The position numbers were made by a program, and so were the translations under genes. Of a DNA stretch of 32,000 nucleotides, positions 30,768-32,000 are shown in pieces. Origin of the DNA: Candidatus Saccharimonadota bacterium (GTDB lineage Bacteria; Patescibacteriota; Saccharimonadia; Saccharimonadales; Saccharimonadaceae); NCBI GenBank assembly GCA_025349965.1, contig CP075337.1, forward strand, positions 420,001 through 452,000. The letters run 5' to 3'. The stretch's first letter is position 1. Each line of letters opens with the position of its first letter. The notes below the pieces were generated by a model. It had not been told where the DNA came from. It made no database searches and saw only the letters and a program-made list of their open reading frames with translations.

Positions 30768-32000
30768 ATGGATGACATCTCGTTAACGACGTGGTTTATC
30801 ACGATACTTATTTTTGGTATTGATTTACTTATTCGCATTTGGCTGGTGACCTACGTACCAAAGCGCCGCAAACCCACCGCTGCCATGGCGTGGCTCCTGC
30901 TTATTTTCATTATTCCTATTTTCGGAACAGTCCTTTTCTTCATTATTGGAAATACAAAACTCTCCCGCAAACGTCGAGCAGAACAGGTGCAAATAACCGA
31001 TATGCTCCGCCACTATACAAAAGAGCTTAATAAAGCAGCCTTGACGCAAGAAATTGTATATCCGTATGATGCGACTGCAAATCTCGCCACAGAGCTCACT
31101 GGCCTTATGCCCACCAAGCACAATGCAGCGCATATCCTTACGGGGTACGATGAAATTATTGACGATATCATAGAGAAAATTAACGCTGCCACTCATTATA
31201 TCTACATTGAGTTTTACATTATTGCCCTCGATGCAACAACGGAGCCATTCTTCCAAGCATTAGAAGACGCCAAAAAACGCGGCGTCGCGGTATACGTACT
31301 CTTTGACACCTGGGGTTCTCACAAGTTCCCTCGCTACAAAGAAATGATGAAACGGCTAAGTGAAGTAACAACCGATTGGCGCAAGATTCTCCCCCTAGGA
31401 CTTTCTTTCAAGAAGTACAATCGCCCCGATCTCAGAAACCACCGCAAAATAGTTGTAGTTGATAATACCGCTGCATATATCGGGTCACTCAACATGATTG
31501 ACAAAACATATCACCGCAAAGATGACATTAGCTACATTGAACTTGCCGTGCGCCTCGAAGGCCCTTCGGTAAACAATGCCGCTGCGGTGTTCGCAAGCGA
31601 CTGGTATAGCGAAACAAATATCGCACTGACCAATTTTATGACGAATTCTACCATCGCTAAGTGCGGCGAGACGCCAATTCAAATCATCCCAAGTGGTCCG
31701 AGTTATCAGTATCAAAACAACCTTAAAACATTTGTATCACTTATCTATAGCGCCCGGCACTCTATTGTCATTACCAATCCCTATCTTGTACCGGACGAAT
31801 CGCTTCTGAGCGCCCTTATTTCAGCAGCAAAAAGAGGTGTAAAAGTCTCCGTGCTTAACTCTGAAGCAATGGACCAGTGGCTCGTGGGGCATGCGCAGCG
31901 CTCGTACTATAGCGAACTTCTTGAGGCTGGCGTTTCAATTTCGCTCTACAAGAAGCCGCAGCTTGTTCACGAAAAGTATATTTCGATAGACGACACTATT
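30768..32000 (+). CDS. cls: Cardiolipin synthase (PLD superfamily), 3'-truncated by the window end
   Basis: My own translation shows 411 codons open to base 32000. This ORF is absent from the supplied track because it has no stop codon. It has N-terminal TM helices (PKRRKPTAAMAWLLLIFIIPIFG), a first HKD motif NHRKIVVVDN, and a second HKD motif beginning VHEKYISIDD. Confidence 0.9.
   Translation, partial: MDDISLTTWFITILIFGIDLLIRIWLVTYVPKRRKPTAAMAWLLLIFIIPIFGTVLFFIIGNTKLSRKRRAEQVQITDMLRHYTKELNKAALTQEIVYPYDATANLATELTGLMPTKHNAAHILTGYDEIIDDIIEKINAATHYIYIEFYIIALDATTEPFFQALEDAKKRGVAVYVLFDTWGSHKFPRYKEMMKRLSEVTTDWRKILPLGLSFKKYNRPDLRNHRKIVVVDNTAAYIGSLNMIDKTYHRKDDISYIELAVRLEGPSVNNAAAVFASDWYSETNIALTNFMTNSTIAKCGETPIQIIPSGPSYQYQNNLKTFVSLIYSARHSIVITNPYLVPDESLLSALISAAKRGVKVSVLNSEAMDQWLVGHAQRSYYSELLEAGVSISLYKKPQLVHEKYISIDDTI

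Noticed and set aside
30825-31715. Minus-strand ORFs 30825..31256 and 31485..31715.
   Set aside because: They lie antisense within an unbroken + strand reading frame (30768 to the window end) that encodes a clear cardiolipin synthase with HKD motifs.
1-32000. CRISPR arrays, tRNA, rRNA or tmRNA genes.
   Set aside because: There are no regularly spaced direct repeats. Intergenic regions contain no GGTTCGAATCC-type T-arm or cloverleaf candidates and no rRNA-like sequence. This was checked by eye only.

Overview
This 32-kb chromosomal window comes from a small-genome bacterium with a Gram-positive-type envelope. Signs of that envelope are a sortase sorting signal, a type IV pilin and the absence of outer-membrane genes. 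Gene content, broken operon synteny and promoter style suggest a Patescibacteria/CPR lineage such as Saccharibacteria, but that is inference only, since no search could be run. I call about 34 protein genes. I recognised no rRNA, tRNA, CRISPR array, transposase or integrase.

The backbone is about 48-52% GC by my line counts. It carries rplA, a dTMP module (thyA, folA, dcd-like), rplJ-rplL behind a classical L10 leader, yaaA, an FKBP isomerase, dnaX-dnaB, ybaB-recR, nrnA-like-cysS, an AI-2E permease, an FAD oxidase, an HxlR regulator, an OmpR/HisKA two-component pair, a GreA-like factor, an Erm-like rRNA methyltransferase and a 3'-truncated cardiolipin synthase.

Points worth a second look:
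1. Seven single-gene units of about 55-65% GC are scattered through the backbone. Each has its own native-style promoter and hairpin terminator.
2. One of these is a 656-aa surface protein with five Cys-bracketed tandem domains and an LAxTG (class E sortase type) anchor.
3. A modular type IV pilin is fused to a six-bladed NHL propeller.
4. A TATACT-N6-ATG arrangement recurs and implies leaderless mRNAs.
5. The conserved rplKAJL-rpoBC cluster is disrupted.

All product calls come from reading motifs by eye. Coordinates of small sites were counted by hand.
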